Part shown: positions 1 through 12,540 of the stretch, piece by piece
Numbering within the stretch: the stretch's first letter is position 1
Layout of the letters: the number at the start of each line of letters is the position of its first letter
Assembly: GCA_004431415.1 (NCBI GenBank)
Contig: QPMI01000599.1
Location: 124,001 to 188,000 of the forward strand
DNA from: Cyanophora paradoxa CCMP329
Taxonomy: Eukaryota; Plantae; Glaucophyta
Direction of reading: 5' to 3'
DNA length: 64,000 bases
Made by a program: the position numbers and the translations under genes
Notes under the pieces: model-generated
Database searches by the model: none
Told to the model about the DNA's origin: nothing
Seen by the model: only the letters and a program-made list of their open reading frames with translations

Positions 1-3000
1 TCCGCCAGGCTCGCCCGCGTGGAGCTGCCGGCGCTGGGCACCGCCAAGGACAAGGGCACCTTCGACGGGCAGGTGCGGCGCGAGGGGCGGGCGGGGCCGC
101 GCGCGCAGCACCCGACCCCCGGGGGCGCCGCCAGTTCCGGCACCTGTGGGCGGACAACGGGGACGCGATCTCGAACGCGTACGCGGGGACGGGGGCGATG
201 AAGAGCAGCTACAACCGCACCGGCCAGGCCGGCATGAAGTCCCTCCTCGACGACGGCTTCAAGTCCATGACACGGTCCGCCCCGCCCGCCCCGCCCGCCC
301 CTGCCCTCGCGCAGCGGGCGGCGCCCGACGCCCCCTCCCCCGCCGCGCAGGGCGATCAAGGCGCACGCGGGGACGGACGGCATCGCCAAGTGAGCGGGCC
401 TCGCCGCTGGCCGGCCCCGCCCGCCCGCTCGCGGGGGGCGCTGACGCCCCCGCAGGGCGCTGATGGGGAGCGTGGGGGTGCTCTCGGACCAGGAGCGCCA
501 GGAAGCCATCGACCTCCTCCTCGGCAACGACCCCGACGCCCACAACGCGCGCCCCGCCCCGCCCCGCGGCGCGGCGCCTCGGCTCACGTGGAAACCGCAG
601 TCGCCGGTGGACGAGCGGCTGGCGCGGGTGGCCCGCCGCCTGCGCCGCCGCGAGGCCGAGTACGCCGCCTTCCACGACGTCCGCCTCCTCCCGCCCTGCC
701 GCCTCCCCGCCCCGCGCCCCGCGCCACTGAGGCCGCCCCGCCCGCGCCCGCCCGCAGATCCGCGTGCATTGCTGCACGTGGAACGCCAACGGCCTCAAGA
801 ACCCCGCCGGTGCGCCACTTGAGCCGGGAGCTGCGCGGCCGCCGAGCCCGCCGCGCAGGCGAGGACCTCGCCGGCTGGCTCGGGGTGAACGAGTACCCCC
901 CGCCGCACATCGTCGTCGCCTGCATCCAGGAGGTGCGCGGGGCGGCTCCGAGGCGCTCCAGGCCGCCGCCCCTGCCGACCCGCGCTGCGCGCCCGGCAGA
1001 TGGTGCAGCTGGACGACATGTCGTCGTACATCGCGGAGGACCCGTACACGCGCGAGCAGTGGCGCCTCGCCCTCAAGAAGTCCCTCCAGGCGCCCGCCGG
1101 CCCCCGCAGCGCCCCCGCGCCCCGAGGCGGCGAGAACCTGAGCGCCGCGCGCTCCCCCCGCGCGCAGGTGGTGCCCCCGGGCGGGGCCGCCCCGCTGCAG
1201 TACGAGCTGAAGTATGAGGACTGCCTGGTGCCCCCCTCCCGCCCGCCCCTCTCGCCGCCGCCCCCTCTGACCGCGCCTCCCCCGCGCCCGCAGGTGGGCC
1301 TGCTCTCGTTCGTGTACGTGCGCTCGGACGTGGCGAAGAGCGTCCGCGACTCGGACGTCAAGCCCGTCGTCGTCAAGGTGGGTGAGGGGCCCCGGCCGCA
1401 GCGAGGGGGATAGCCGGCGCCTCGTCGCTGAGCCGTCCAGCCCCCGCCCTCGCTCTCCGAGCGCGCCCCGCGCTTTCTGACGCCCTCGCGCGCCCCGGGC
1501 CGCGGCAGACGGGCCTGCGGGGCCTGGCGGGGAACAAGGGCGGCCTCTGCGTCCGCATCGCCCTCCTCGACACCACCCTGTCCGCCCCGCCCCGCCCCTC
1601 CGTCCTCCCGCCCGCCCGCCCGCCGGCTGAGCTTCTGGCCAGGTGCTTCGTGAACGCGCACCTGGCGGCCGGCCACTCGGACGTCGAGGGCCGCAACGCC
1701 AACTACCGGCCCGCCCCCGTCCCCCCGCCCGCCCGCCCGCTCTCCCGCTCGCCGGCTCTGAAGCGGGGGGCAGGGACATCCTGGCGGGGGCGCACTTCCG
1801 GGTGACGGGGGCGGGGAGCACGCGCGGCTTCGGCGACTCCATCCTCGACCAGGCCCGCCGCCCCCGGCCCCCGCCCCCTCCGCCCCCGCTCCTTCTCACC
1901 GGCCGGCCCCGCAGGACGTCGCCTTCTGGATCGGCGACCTGAACTACCGCATCGACATGGGTGCGCCCCGCCCCCTCTCCTTCCGCCCCCGCTCAGAGTT
2001 AGTTGGCGTCTCGTGCTGAAGCGCGGGGCCCTCCCACCCACCCTCCCCCGCCCGCGCGGGCAGAGGCGGAGGAGGTGAAGCAGCTGGCGGGACGGGGCGA
2101 CTGGGCGCGGCTGCTCGCCAAGGACCAGCTCACCGCCGAGCGCCGCGCCAAGCGCGCCTTCGCCGAGTGGCACGAGGGTCCGCCCCCGATCCCACCGGCG
2201 CTTGTGCATCGCAGCGCGCGGCGGGCTGAAGCTCGAGGGGCGGGCAGGGCGGATCGAGTTCGCGCCGACGTACAAGTACGACACGGGGACGGACACGTAC
2301 GACACCAGCGAGAAGCAGCGCATCCCCGCCTGGTCTGCCCCCGCCCCGCCCCGCCCTTTGCTCCGCGTCGCGGCGCCGAGCCGGCCCCGCGCGCCCCGCC
2401 GGCAGGTGCGACCGGGTGCTCTACCGGGCGGGCCCCGGGGGCGACATCGCCCGCGTCCGCCTCCTCGCCTACCGCCGCTTCGAGCTCCGGTGCCCCGCCC
2501 CGCCCCGCGCCGGGCTAGTCTCTGGGGCCGCCTGACGGGCCCTCGCGGCAGCTCGTCGGACCACCGGCCCGTCGCGGCGCACTTCGCCGTGGGCGTCCGC
2601 CAGATCGACCACGCCGCCCAGGCGCGCGCGCCGCCCCCGCTCCGCGCACCGCCCCGCAGCGCCGGCCGCGCTCACGGGCGGGGCGGCGGGGGCGCAGGAC
2701 CGGGTCCGCTCGGAGGTGATCAGGCAGGTGGACGAGGAGGGCGGCGAGGAGAGCGACGAGGAGGAGCGCCCCCCCTCCCTCCGCGCCACGGTCCGCGCAC
2801 GAACGCTAGCCCGAGGCCTTTCGAGGCGACAGCGCTGACGCGCGGGGCGAGCAGCCCTCGCCGGCTCCGGCGCCCTCGCCGGCGCCCATGCCGGCCCCGC
2901 CCAAGGCCCCGTCCCCCAACCTCATGTCCCCGTCCCCCGCCCTCCCGGGCCCTGCGCCCGCCCAGGGACCGTCTCCTGTACCCCCCGCCCCGGCCCGGAG

Positions 3001-4957
3001 CCTCATGGACGCCCCTCCCGCCCAGGTGCCCCGCAGCCCCTCCGCCTCGTACGTCCGTTCCGCTCACGTATCCCCCTTCCGCCCACTCAGATGAGCCTGC
3101 TCGACATGGACAACCCGATGCTGCCTTCCGTGGGGCCGGGTACGGCGTTCAACCCGTTCGCGAGCACGCCCCCGCCCCAGGCGGGCCCGGGCCCGTACCC
3201 CCTCGCCGTCCCCGCCGTGCGCCCGTCGCCGACGCCCGCGTACGGGCTGCCGGCCGGCCCGCCCGTGGGCGGCGTGCCGGGGGCGACGCCCCTCCACGCC
3301 TCCTCCGTGTTTGGGCCGGCCCCCACGCGGCCGCGTCGCCGGCCCCGCCGCAGCCCCCTGCCGCCCCCGCGGCGGCGGCGGCGGCGGCGGCGTGGAACCC
3401 CTTCGCGGACGACGAGCCCCCGGCGGCTCCCGCTGCGCCGTCTCCGGTCCCGCCGGCGGCGTCGGGCTCGCCCCCGCCGCTCTCCGCCGGCAGCGCGCCC
3501 CTCTCCGCGAGCAGCGCCCCGCTCTCCGGCGGCCTCCTCGCGGGCCCGGCGTCTGCCAGCAGCGCCCCGGCCCCGCCACGAGCCGCTCGCCCTCGCCCCC
3601 CGTCGCCCCCTCCCCGACGAAAGTGGCGTCTGCCCCGACGCCGCCGCCGCCCCTCGTCGAGAGCACCGAGAACCCCTTCGGGAGCGACAGCCCCGCCCCG
3701 GCCCCGGCCCCGCCGGTCGCCAGCGCCGGCAGCCCGGCCCAGGACCAGGCTGAGACGCCGGCGTCGGTCGAGGCGCCGCCCGCGGCTGCCCCCGCGGCCC
3801 CCGCGGCGCCGGCCCTGCCGCCCTTCCTGCGCGCCGTGCCGGCGGCGGCGGCCGCCGGCGCGGCGCCGGCGGGCGTGCACGCCCTGGAGGCGGCGGGCTG
3901 GCGTGCCATGTTCTCTAAGGCCGCCCCGCCGCCCGCGCCCGCGCCCGCTCCCGCCCCCTTCGCCATCCCGCCGCCCCGCGCTGCATTCCAGCTCCCTGCT
4001 CCCTCGGCAGCAGCGCCTGCCGCGCCCGCAGCGGCCCCGGCGCTGCCTCCCGCGCCGGCGCCGGTCCCAGCACCCGTGCCCTCGCCCCGCCTCGCGGCCC
4101 CAGTGGAGGTTGCTGTGCCCCCGCCCGCAGCGCCCTCCCCGGCCCCGAGGCCGCCGCTCCCGTCCAGCCCGCCCGCGGCCCGTCGCCGGTCCTTTCGTCG
4201 CCGGCTGCCTCGCCGCGTGCCGTCTCGCCCGCTCCGGCGGCGGTGGCTGCCCCGGAGGCGGCGCCCGTCCCGCCCGCCGAGGAACCCGCGGCTTCTGACA
4301 ATCCGTTCGCCGATTCGACGCCTGCTCCTCCGCCGGTGACCGTTCCTCCTCCGGCTGTCCCGGCGCCCGCCGTCGCGGCCCCCGCGCCGGCGCCCGTCGC
4401 GCCGCCCCTCCCGCAGCGCCCCGCGCCGCCGCCGCTGCCTCCCCGACCGGCCGCCCCTTCGTTCCCGTCCGCGACGCCGGCCCCGGCCACGGCCACGGCT
4501 CCAGCAGCGTCCGAATCGGTGCCTGCTCCGGTGCCCGCCCCCGCCCTTGCCCCATCGCCCCTCCCAGCTGCCGTCCCCGCGGCTGCCCCGGCCCCCGTCG
4601 AAGCGGCGCCGGCGGCGGCGGCGGCGGCTCCGCCCGCGCGCCCCGCGCCGAGCTTCCCTTCCCTGTGGCCGCCGGAGAGGCCCCAGCAGCGCCCGCCCCC
4701 GCCGCAGCGCCAGCGGCGGCCGCCCCTGCGGCGCGGCCGGCGGCGTTCACGTTCCCTTCCGTCGCCGCTGCCCGGCCCGCCGCGCCCTTCCAGTTCCCCC
4801 CGTGGCCTCCCAGCCGCCCGCGGCCGCCCCCGCCGCCGCGCCGGCCGCCCCCGCCGCGTTCAACATGGCCGCGCTGGCGGCCAGCCTGCCCGGCCTGCGC
4901 GCCGCCCCGGCCCCGCCCGCAGCCGCCCCGCAGCCGCCCCCCGCCCCCCCGTCGTAG
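1..4957 (+). CDS. Synaptojanin-like inositol polyphosphate 5-phosphatase (end of Sac1 domain + 5-phosphatase + Pro-rich NPF tail); multi-exon, 5' end outside window
   Basis: Spliced exons read LWADNGDAISNAYAGTGAMKS and RQEAIDLLLG (Sac1 C-terminus), CTWNANG, CIQE, GNKGG, FVNAHLAAG, FWIGDLNYRI, FAPTYKYD, RIPAWCDRVL and SDHRPV (5-phosphatase motifs). The long Pro/Ala tail has four NPF motifs. Stop TAG at 4955-4957. Confidence 0.9.
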
Positions 4958-5087
4958 CTGAAGCTGCCCGGAGCTAGCCGGAGCTTAGCAAGCCGAAGTG
5001 TGAAAATCGTACTTTACAGCATCATTCACAAGATCCTAAAGAAAGAAGAGCGAAGCCGAACTATCGCACAAGGATCTTATAAATTAA

Positions 5088-6158
5088 TCAGGAAGTCTTC
5101 TTCGAATTGGTCTTCTTCGCGGAGGAGCTCGAGGCGGCGGGGCCCGGGGCCGCTGCGGCGGCCGCGCCGGCGTTCCTCCTCTCGCGGCCGGCGACTCGGT
5201 ACAGGCCCGCGAAGGTCAGCAGCCCCGCGGTCAGCACGTAGCGCGCTGCGAAAGGGCTCAGATTTGAATTAAGCGGCGGCGGGGGAGGGGGCGAAATGTG
5301 GCGGGCGCGGGCGCACCGCCGAGCTTGCCGGCGGCGACAGCGCCGACCCACTCGGCCCAGAAGACGGCGTAGGCGGCCCAGTGCGTGGCGCGGGCGAGGG
5401 CGTCGGAGCGGTCGCGGCCGGCGAAGCGCAGGGCGGCGTGCGCGGCGAGGGCGGCCAGGGCGGCGCCCAGGGCGGCGACGAGCGCCGGGTCGGCGAGGAG
5501 GTGCCCGAAGGAGGAGTACGCCCACGCCACGCCGATCAGGCGGAAGAATTCCGACCCGAGGAGGGATAGCAGCTGGCGGCGGGGCAGGGACGCGCCGATC
5601 AGACCCGCGGAGCCGAGGGAAGCGGGATCAAATTAAGGGGCCCCGCGCACCGCGGTCTCCTCGTCGACGATGGTGAGGAGGCCGCGGCCGCTCTGGCAGG
5701 CGACCCAGAACGCGCAGATGACTCCCGAGCAGAACGAGGTCCAGCTGCACGCGCGCACGCGCGCGCGCCGACGTCAGCTCTCGGATCAAATTTGACCTCG
5801 AGCTTCAGCTTGCGCTCGGGCGCACTTCAGGAGGGAGCGGCAGGCCTCCTCGCCCTCGTACAGCGCTCCAGAGACCATGACCATCGTTCCAATGCCGCTG
5901 AGGATCAAGAACAGGTTCGGCATCTGCGCGTGCGCGTCAGATGATCATGATGACCCGATCATAAGCGCCGCGGCCGTGGCGCGCGCGCACCTGCCCGAAG
6001 TAGAATCCGGTCCACTCGGCGCCGCTGAGCGGCTTGGTATCCTCCGCGAGCGGCGACTTGGGCGTCTTCGCCTGCTCCGCTTTGACGGCGGCCTCGATGA
6101 AGCGGCCCGCCGACATGCCCACTCCGGCGTGCGCTGCTGTCTTGTGCATCGCCGACAT
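5088..6158 (-). CDS. Multi-pass membrane protein of unknown function (multi-exon)
   Basis: Hydrophobic exons (MPNLFLILSGIGTMVMVSGALY; SFCSGVICAFWVACQ; LLSLLGSEFFRLIGVAWAYSSFG; HWAAYAVFWAEWVG; YVLTAGLLTFAGLY) separated by short introns. Basic tail KKTNSKKTS*. Confidence 0.6.
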
Positions 6159-6398
6159 TCCGCGTATACGTGCGTGTAGAGCCTAGCTTGTGCGCGCCGG
6201 TGTGTGCCCGAACCACGGTCGAATCGTCGCTCTTATAACTGCCGCGCCAGGAAGCTACCGCGCGCGCCTTGCTGAAGAAGGTATTACAATGCTTGAAGCT
6301 TTACGATTCCGCGGAACGCGCTGATGTGCCGCTGCGAGTGCCGCGAGAAAGGCTTTGGGGGGGGGACGGGCTGCGACCGGGTACGAGTGCAGCAAGCC

Positions 6399-9398
6399 AT
6401 GCCAGCGGGCAAGCAGCGGCCCGCGAGCCCTGCAGCCGACGAGCGGGAGCCTCAGCGGGCTCGGACTGAGCCGCCGGCCCAAACAGGCAGCTCCGGGCCA
6501 GGCGCCCCTCCAGCGAGCGCGAGCTCCGACTCCATGGCGCCCGCGCCCGACCGAGATCCGGACGGTGCATGCGTCGCAGAGAAGACTCTAAAGTCGATCG
6601 TTCGCGATGACGCGCGCCGCGCCCGCTGACGACGCGCGGCCAGGCGGAACGCCCGAGGAGCCGCTCTTCTCCGTGCGCGCCCGGGGGCCCTTCCGACGCC
6701 AGATCGGCTCACTGGGTCTCGCAGAAGCGCGAATCTTCGGCGTCGGTGCTGGCGGCCGCGCGGGCGGACGGGCCCCGGTGGCGGCGCCTCTGCCTCTCCG
6801 GATCCGGAGCGGGCGCCGATGGCCTCTCGTACGCCGACGTCGAGCAGGTGGCCGCCGATCGAATCTTGCAAAGCCGGCCGCTGACGAGGCGGGCCGCCGG
6901 CCTGCGCAGGTTGTGCAGGCCTGCCCCGGCCTCTCCCACCTCTCCCTCGCCTTCTTCCGCCCCAGCGCCGGGGACGAGGCGCTGGCGGCGGCGCTCCGCG
7001 TGCCCGGCCTCGTGCACCTGAACCTCTCCGACACGCGCCTCTCCGGCGACGCCCTCCGCTCGCTCCTCGAGGTCCCCCCGACCCCCGCCCCGCCCCGCTC
7101 TCTGCCTCCAGCCCTCTCAGCCCGTACCCCGCAGTCCTGCGCCCCGACCCTCCAGCGCCTCTATCTCTGGTCCGTTTCCCCATGCCCTTCCCGAGCGCTG
7201 CGATCAACCGGCTATCAACTTGCTTACTCCCCCCCCCCCCCCCCCCCTCTTCCCACAGCGGCACCTGGGTACAGGACGTCGACGAGGGCGAGGCCCTGAC
7301 GCAGTGGCTGGACGACGAGGACGGCTCCCAGGAGGACAGGGCGTGCCCCTGCAGCCCCCTCGCCTCCCTCGAGGGACTCTCGTGCGCCCCAACCCCCCCT
7401 TCCCAATCGCCCCTCCCCCCGGCCCGGGGCACGACACGGTACCCCCCGCGCCCAGGTTCCCCGCGCTGACCTCGCTGGACCTCTCCTACTGCCTCGTGGG
7501 GCGCGCGCCGCTCCTCCGCGCCCTCGCCGCCGCCCCCGCCCTCCGCGAGCTCTTCCTGGTACCCCCCACTCGCCTTTTGGAGAAAAGGACGGTGCCCCGC
7601 TCGCTCACGGGAGGGGTGCGGGTGCAGGTCGGGGCGCTGCGGGAGGAGCGGGACGGCGAGCTGCTCGAGCGGGTGGCGGACGACTTCGGAGAGGCGGCGA
7701 AGGCGTACCCCGACCTCGCGTGGGGCGGAGGGGCGGGGGAGAGCGCCGCGGCGGTGGCCGAAGTGGAAGCGGCCCGCCCGGGGCTCGAACTCGTGCTCGG
7801 GGACTTCGTCGCTGAGGCGAATCCCGCCCCACTCGCCGAATCTGACCTCACCTGAGCGAGCCCGCCGCGCGCTCAGGTGAGCAAGCTCCTCAAGAGTGCG
7901 GGCGACGGCGACCCGTCGCCCGGGCCGGAGCTGCTCGCCCTCCTCCCCGCCGTCCTCCGCGCCGCGGGGCCCGACGTGCCCCTCGCCAGCGGGGGTACAC
8001 TCTTCCTGCGTGCGCTCCCCCGGGCCCCTTCCTCTCAGAGACGCTTCTCAGTACCCTCGTGAACGCGGGCCGCGCCAGATGCGCTGTCGCAAAGGAGTCT
8101 GTCCGCCGCGCGGGCGCTGGTCTCCAAGCTCGGCTGCGACCCGCTGGCCCCCGCCTTCCCCAGCTGGCTCCGCGGCCGCCGCCAGCCCCCCCCCTGGGTC
8201 CATACCCCCCCCCCCCCCCCCGGCTTCCTCTTTGTGAAAAACCGTTTACCCCCCGTCGTAGACCGCGCCGTACCCCATGCGCCCCGAGTTGATCGACGGC
8301 GCCGCGGGCCTGAAGGAGCTCCATCTGCCGGGGTACATCGTTCTCATTCGAGCGCGCGCCCCGCACGCGTACCCCCGCGACGCCCTCGCGCGCAGGCAGT
8401 ACCCGAGCAACCGCGTGTGCGACCAGGACCCCGAGGGGGCCCACGCGCTCCACGTCCTCGCCTCCCGCCTCTTCTACGACCGCTGCTGCGATTTCGCGCA
8501 GGCGCAGACGGTACCCCTTCCTCCTTTGCCGTCGTCCGCCCCGCTCGGTTTCCTGATGGGGTACTCCAGCTGATCGGGGACCTGGGGCTGGCGCGGCTCG
8601 CGGGGCGGGGGCCGGCGCCAGGCCCCGGGGGCCTCTCGCCCCTCACCTGCGCCCTCCACGCCCTCGCCCCCGAGCCCGACCTCGTCCAGGCGCGCCCCGC
8701 GGCCGCGTATCCCCCGCCCGCTCAATTCCCCTCATCGGGTCGAGCCGCGGCGCAGGAGCGCATGCCGTACCTCCTCTCGCTCGGCCTGCCCCTCGACCCC
8801 CCGGTGCCGTACCCCTGATACCCCCGACCCGGCCGCGCCCCCTGCCCCCACCTGAGTTGCTCTGCTCTCTCCAGGACAACATGCTGGAGTACACGCTGGC
8901 GCGGGGACAGGCGCACCTCACCCCCACGGTCCTCCGAGCCCTCGCGCACGACCCCGCGGCCCTCGCCCGCGCCCTCCGCTTCCGAGGCGTGCCCGTACCC
9001 CCCGCGCTTCCTCCTTTCCTCTGAGGGCCGCGGCGTCATTGAGACGGCGGCCTGCGCAGACGCCGCCGGGAATACTGTCCTCGCCCTCGCCGTGCATCGT
9101 ATGAGTGCGGCCGCTCTGCAGCTGAATCGGCCGTCGCTTTGATCGCGAGGGGGCGCAGGGGACCGCCGGGGGGAGTCCCCCGAGCTGGGGTACACGTGGC
9201 TGAACGTCGCGCGGGCGCTCCTCGAGGCGGGGGCGCCGCTGGAGGGGGCGCCGGCCCTCCTGCGGCGCGCCTGCGCCGAGCGCCCGGAGCTGCGGGTTCG
9301 AATTCGAGCCCCGCGCCGCGCATGTCTCCTTCGCCGACGCGAGCTCGCAGGACGACCTCGTCGCACTCTTTGCGCAGCACGGCGTGACCGCCGAATGA
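6399..9398 (+). CDS. Leucine-rich-repeat plus ankyrin-like repeat protein (multi-exon)
   Basis: LRR-type segments ACPGLSHLSL, PGLVHLNLSDTRL, FPALTSLDLSYC. Ankyrin-like segments DPEGAHALHVLA, GLSPLTCALH, AGNTVLALA, VARALLEAGA. Stop TGA at 9396-9398. Confidence 0.6.
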
Positions 9399-11382
9399 GG
9401 TCGTGCTGTTAGTATAACGGTATCTTTGGCTGCTCCTAGTACCCCACCCATGCACGTCTACGTTGAGAGACGCCGCAGTGCATCTTCTGCTTTACTCGCG
9501 TTCTGCTTAATTAAGCTTCGAAATTAATTCTGCTAGATCGATTTGCTCGCGTTCTGCCCACCGGTTCGCTGGGCGGCTGGGGGCACGGGCTAGGTCAGGC
9601 TGGCCCAGTGAGACAGATCGATACTAGTACTGTATCTAAATATGATATGGGCTTGTGAAGGTAACTCGCGATCGGCGAATCATTTGAATAGTATTTGGAT
9701 ACCAGCTGCATTAGGCAAACCGAATTTATCACGTGCATGCACAGCCTGGCAGATCGATTGCGAGGTCATCTGCCAGGCTGGATCTTATTCGTCGCGATCG
9801 TGCTCGTTCTTCTTATTCAAGTAGTATTTACTGCCTCGTTCTAGCCTGCTGTTGCGTCGACGCCCTTGAGCTCTTCTAGATCTGCTACTAGCTTCTCCCC
9901 GTGCTCGTTCTCCTCATCCTTTGCGTTCTTAGTAGTAACTTCTTACGATCGTGTCCCTTATCTTGATCCCTCTTGATAAAGTGTTTTTATCCCTCTTGAT
10001 AAAAAAAGTGTTTGTATTCGAATTCTGCGAATTAATTAATCTGGCTGCGAATTCCTGCGATCTTCCGACTCAGAAGTTCCGAGTTCCGAACTCAAATCGG
10101 CATGCGCAAATGAATCTGGATCCCCGACTAAGAATCGGCTAATGAGTCGGATAATGCATCGGCGAGATCACGAGATCTAGAATCACTGAGTCATGCCTTC
10201 TTAAAAAGATTTTCCCGCATGTGACGTACGCGTCACGTGACTCACGTCCCGACTCACGAGTCACGATTCACGAAACCGGCGTGACGGGGGCTATGATGAG
10301 AAATTGAGAATAATGGGATTCATGGATATGTATATCGCGAACTCGGGAATCCAGATTCGCATGCGCATGCGCAATCCCGGGCCCGGGACTTTATGACTCA
10401 GTGATCGCCGATCCGATGTCCGAACTTCGGAATCTCGTGCAGTGTGCAGTGTGCAGTGTGCACTGCCAGTGCCAGCACTGCCACGGGGCCAGCCTGGCAG
10501 GCTGACTCATCAGTGATCCCGGCCCGGGTCCCATCATGATTTCCATAATCGCTATACGTACTAGTATACTGTACTATGATACTACCAGTCACACTGAGTA
10601 TATATAGCTATACCAGTACTATGATAGCTTCTTGAGTCATGGCTCTCATCTACCGGTAGTCTGGGCCGTCTGGCGGTAGACCGCGAGTCCTGCTGTCACG
10701 AGACTCACAACTCCTGTGCTCGACCATTGACCTGTCAGTGTGAGGCTGTGAGCCTGTGACTACGCCGCACGGTTTCCTAATGTTAAACTCACTGACTCTG
10801 ACACAATGATGAGTCAGCGGCTGCTTACTACCGTACTACTCAGTACTACGGTACTACCGTAGTACCGCAGTACCGTACCGTGGTACGAAATTAGTAGTAC
10901 CGACTTACTAAGTTACTAGTAGTACCGGGCGAGTCGCAGCCCCGCCGCCGGGCCGGCCACAGACTGGCAGAGTCACTGAGTCGACGTCGCGATCGCAGCC
11001 TCGCGTATACGTACTGTAACGTACTGTGCGGCGTACAGTGCTGGCTCGCCGGTTCGCGGCCTCGCAGCTGCATGCTCGCATGCGCAGCCGCGCATTGCGA
11101 TTGTCATTCTCAAGTTCTACCGTTAGCTATAGCCACAGCTGCATGCGCAGCGGCAGTATACTGTTAACTTTCGCACGGGCATTCGAATTCCAGCTCCAGA
11201 TCTAGACCGGGAATGGGTTGTGGGAGATCGAGCCTACGAGTGCAGCCAGCTGCAGTTTCAGCAGCAAAAGCCTCACGCGTACGACAGGGAGAAGGTAATA
11301 CATATATATAGGCGCACAAATATAAACATGAGCTTATAATACTGACGTATACACGCATGCGCATGCATATGGTCATGATTCA

Positions 11383-11840
11383 TTGATCATGATCATATCT
11401 CCGATTCAGAAGCTGGAACACGCGCACGAGACACAGCGCGAACGACAACCCACAATCGCGATCAACGCGTGCAATCGCGATCGGTGTGCTTTGTTCGCGA
11501 TCAACGCATGCCATGATGCGATCGCGATCGGTGCAATCGGTTCTATCGAATTTACGCATGTGTCATGTATACAGGTCACTGGAACTGCAACGCTTACGCA
11601 TGCATCGACTGCGCATGCGCATGCCGGGGCCGCAGCTGCAGATGCAGGCGCCGCACATACAGCTGCAGGAGGCGCGCGCAGACATGTGCAGCCGCAGCCA
11701 GCAAGATTGAGGGATCAATCTGCACGCATTTTTGATGCGATCTCAAGATTGAAGGAAGCGGTCGTCAATTCTCATGCGCAGCTGCAGCTGCAGACGTCGA
11801 CGTCGGCGATATCCGTACCTTCAATACTTGCGGAGATCGA
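11383..11840 (+). pseudogene. 5' part of the host dynamin-like GTPase gene, cut off by the viral insertion
   Basis: The ORF reads ...DAISRLKEAVVNSHAQLQLQTSTSAISVPSILAEI and then runs into viral DNA. The same peptide resumes at 39134 and continues into the G1 motif. The true gene start is uncertain. Confidence 0.75.
11750..11840 (+). repeat. Left copy of 91-bp target-site duplication
   Basis: TGAAGGAAGCGG...GCGGAGATCGA, identical base for base to 39132-39222. Confidence 0.95.
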
Positions 11841-11893
11841 TATGCCAGATCCAAGCCCTCGGGCTTCGCCCTCTGGCTTGGATCTGGCATATC
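11839..11893. repeat. Left terminal hairpin
   Basis: 19-bp perfect stem GATATGCCAGATCCAAGCC / GGCTTGGATCTGGCATATC enclosing CTC-GGGC-TTC-GCCC-TCT (internal mismatch plus mini-stem). Confidence 0.95.
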
Positions 11894-11976
11894 CCTATGT
11901 GTGCGCGTTTTAGGCACTAGGGTAGTAAGCATCTATTTTAGGTCTTAGGGTAATAAATATGTCTTTTTGGCACCAG
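11890..11976 (+). repeat. Left terminal inverted repeat (87 bp)
   Basis: Reverse complement of 38984-39070 with 7 mismatches by manual alignment. Confidence 0.95.
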
Positions 11977-11980
11977 CAAG

Positions 11981-12093
11981 GGGTGTTGAGGGTGTTGAGG
12001 TGTTGAGGGTTGTTTGTAAACTTTCTTATGAAAATTCTCTCTCGCGGGAATTTTTACATATAACCCTCAACACCCTCAACACTCTCAACACCC
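11981..12093. repeat. Left subterminal iteron-like palindromic cassette
   Basis: Arms (GGTGTTGAG)x3 and (CTCAACACC)x3 surround a core GGGTTGTTTGTAAACTTTC...TTTTACATATAACCC. The core is similar to the reverse complement of the core in 38843-38935. Confidence 0.85.
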
Positions 12094-12097
12094 TCTC

Positions 12098-12495
12098 TTA
12101 AACCTCAAACCTCCTCTTCTCATGGTGTAATCTCTTTTTGATCACTGCCCCAAATCCAATAGCATATTTGTTTATCTCCTCCTCCAGCTCAAAAGCAATT
12201 AAACTTGTATTCCTTTCTGCCTGTTTTCCACAGCTGAATATATCTATTGCCAACATGCCTTGATCACTGTAGCAATGAGCAGAGCAATGGCTTTCATCTA
12301 ATAATAATACTTGGGCAAATCCAGGGGTGATTTGGTGCCATCAAAAATCTCAGCATGTTTGTGGACAACCTGTATTCCATATTTCTTGATGATGTCTTCA
12401 CTGACATTCATGAGCCATTTAGAGAGCCCCACATGGTCGCTAATTGGTTGGCTGAATTGGAAATCAAGCATCACATGGTAACCTTTGGCAAGCAT
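12098..12495 (-). CDS. speD: Prokaryotic-type S-adenosylmethionine decarboxylase proenzyme (SpeD family), one frameshift near 12325
   Basis: MLAKGYHVMLDF...FDGTKSP, then in the adjacent frame PGFAQVLLLDESHCSAHCYSDQGMLAIDIFSCG...RRFEV*. Contains the E|SH pyruvoyl cleavage motif and DIFxCG. One extra C in the CCCC run restores the frame. Confidence 0.85.
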
Positions 12496-12540
12496 TTTGA
12501 TTACCAATAGAATAGAAAAAACAATAAGACATCTGACGAT

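Noticed and set aside
146-9455. Long Arg/Pro/Gly/Ala-rich ORFs on both strands (also throughout 44570-64000)
   Set aside because: Artefacts of very high GC and stop-poor introns. The real genes are spliced subsets of these frames.
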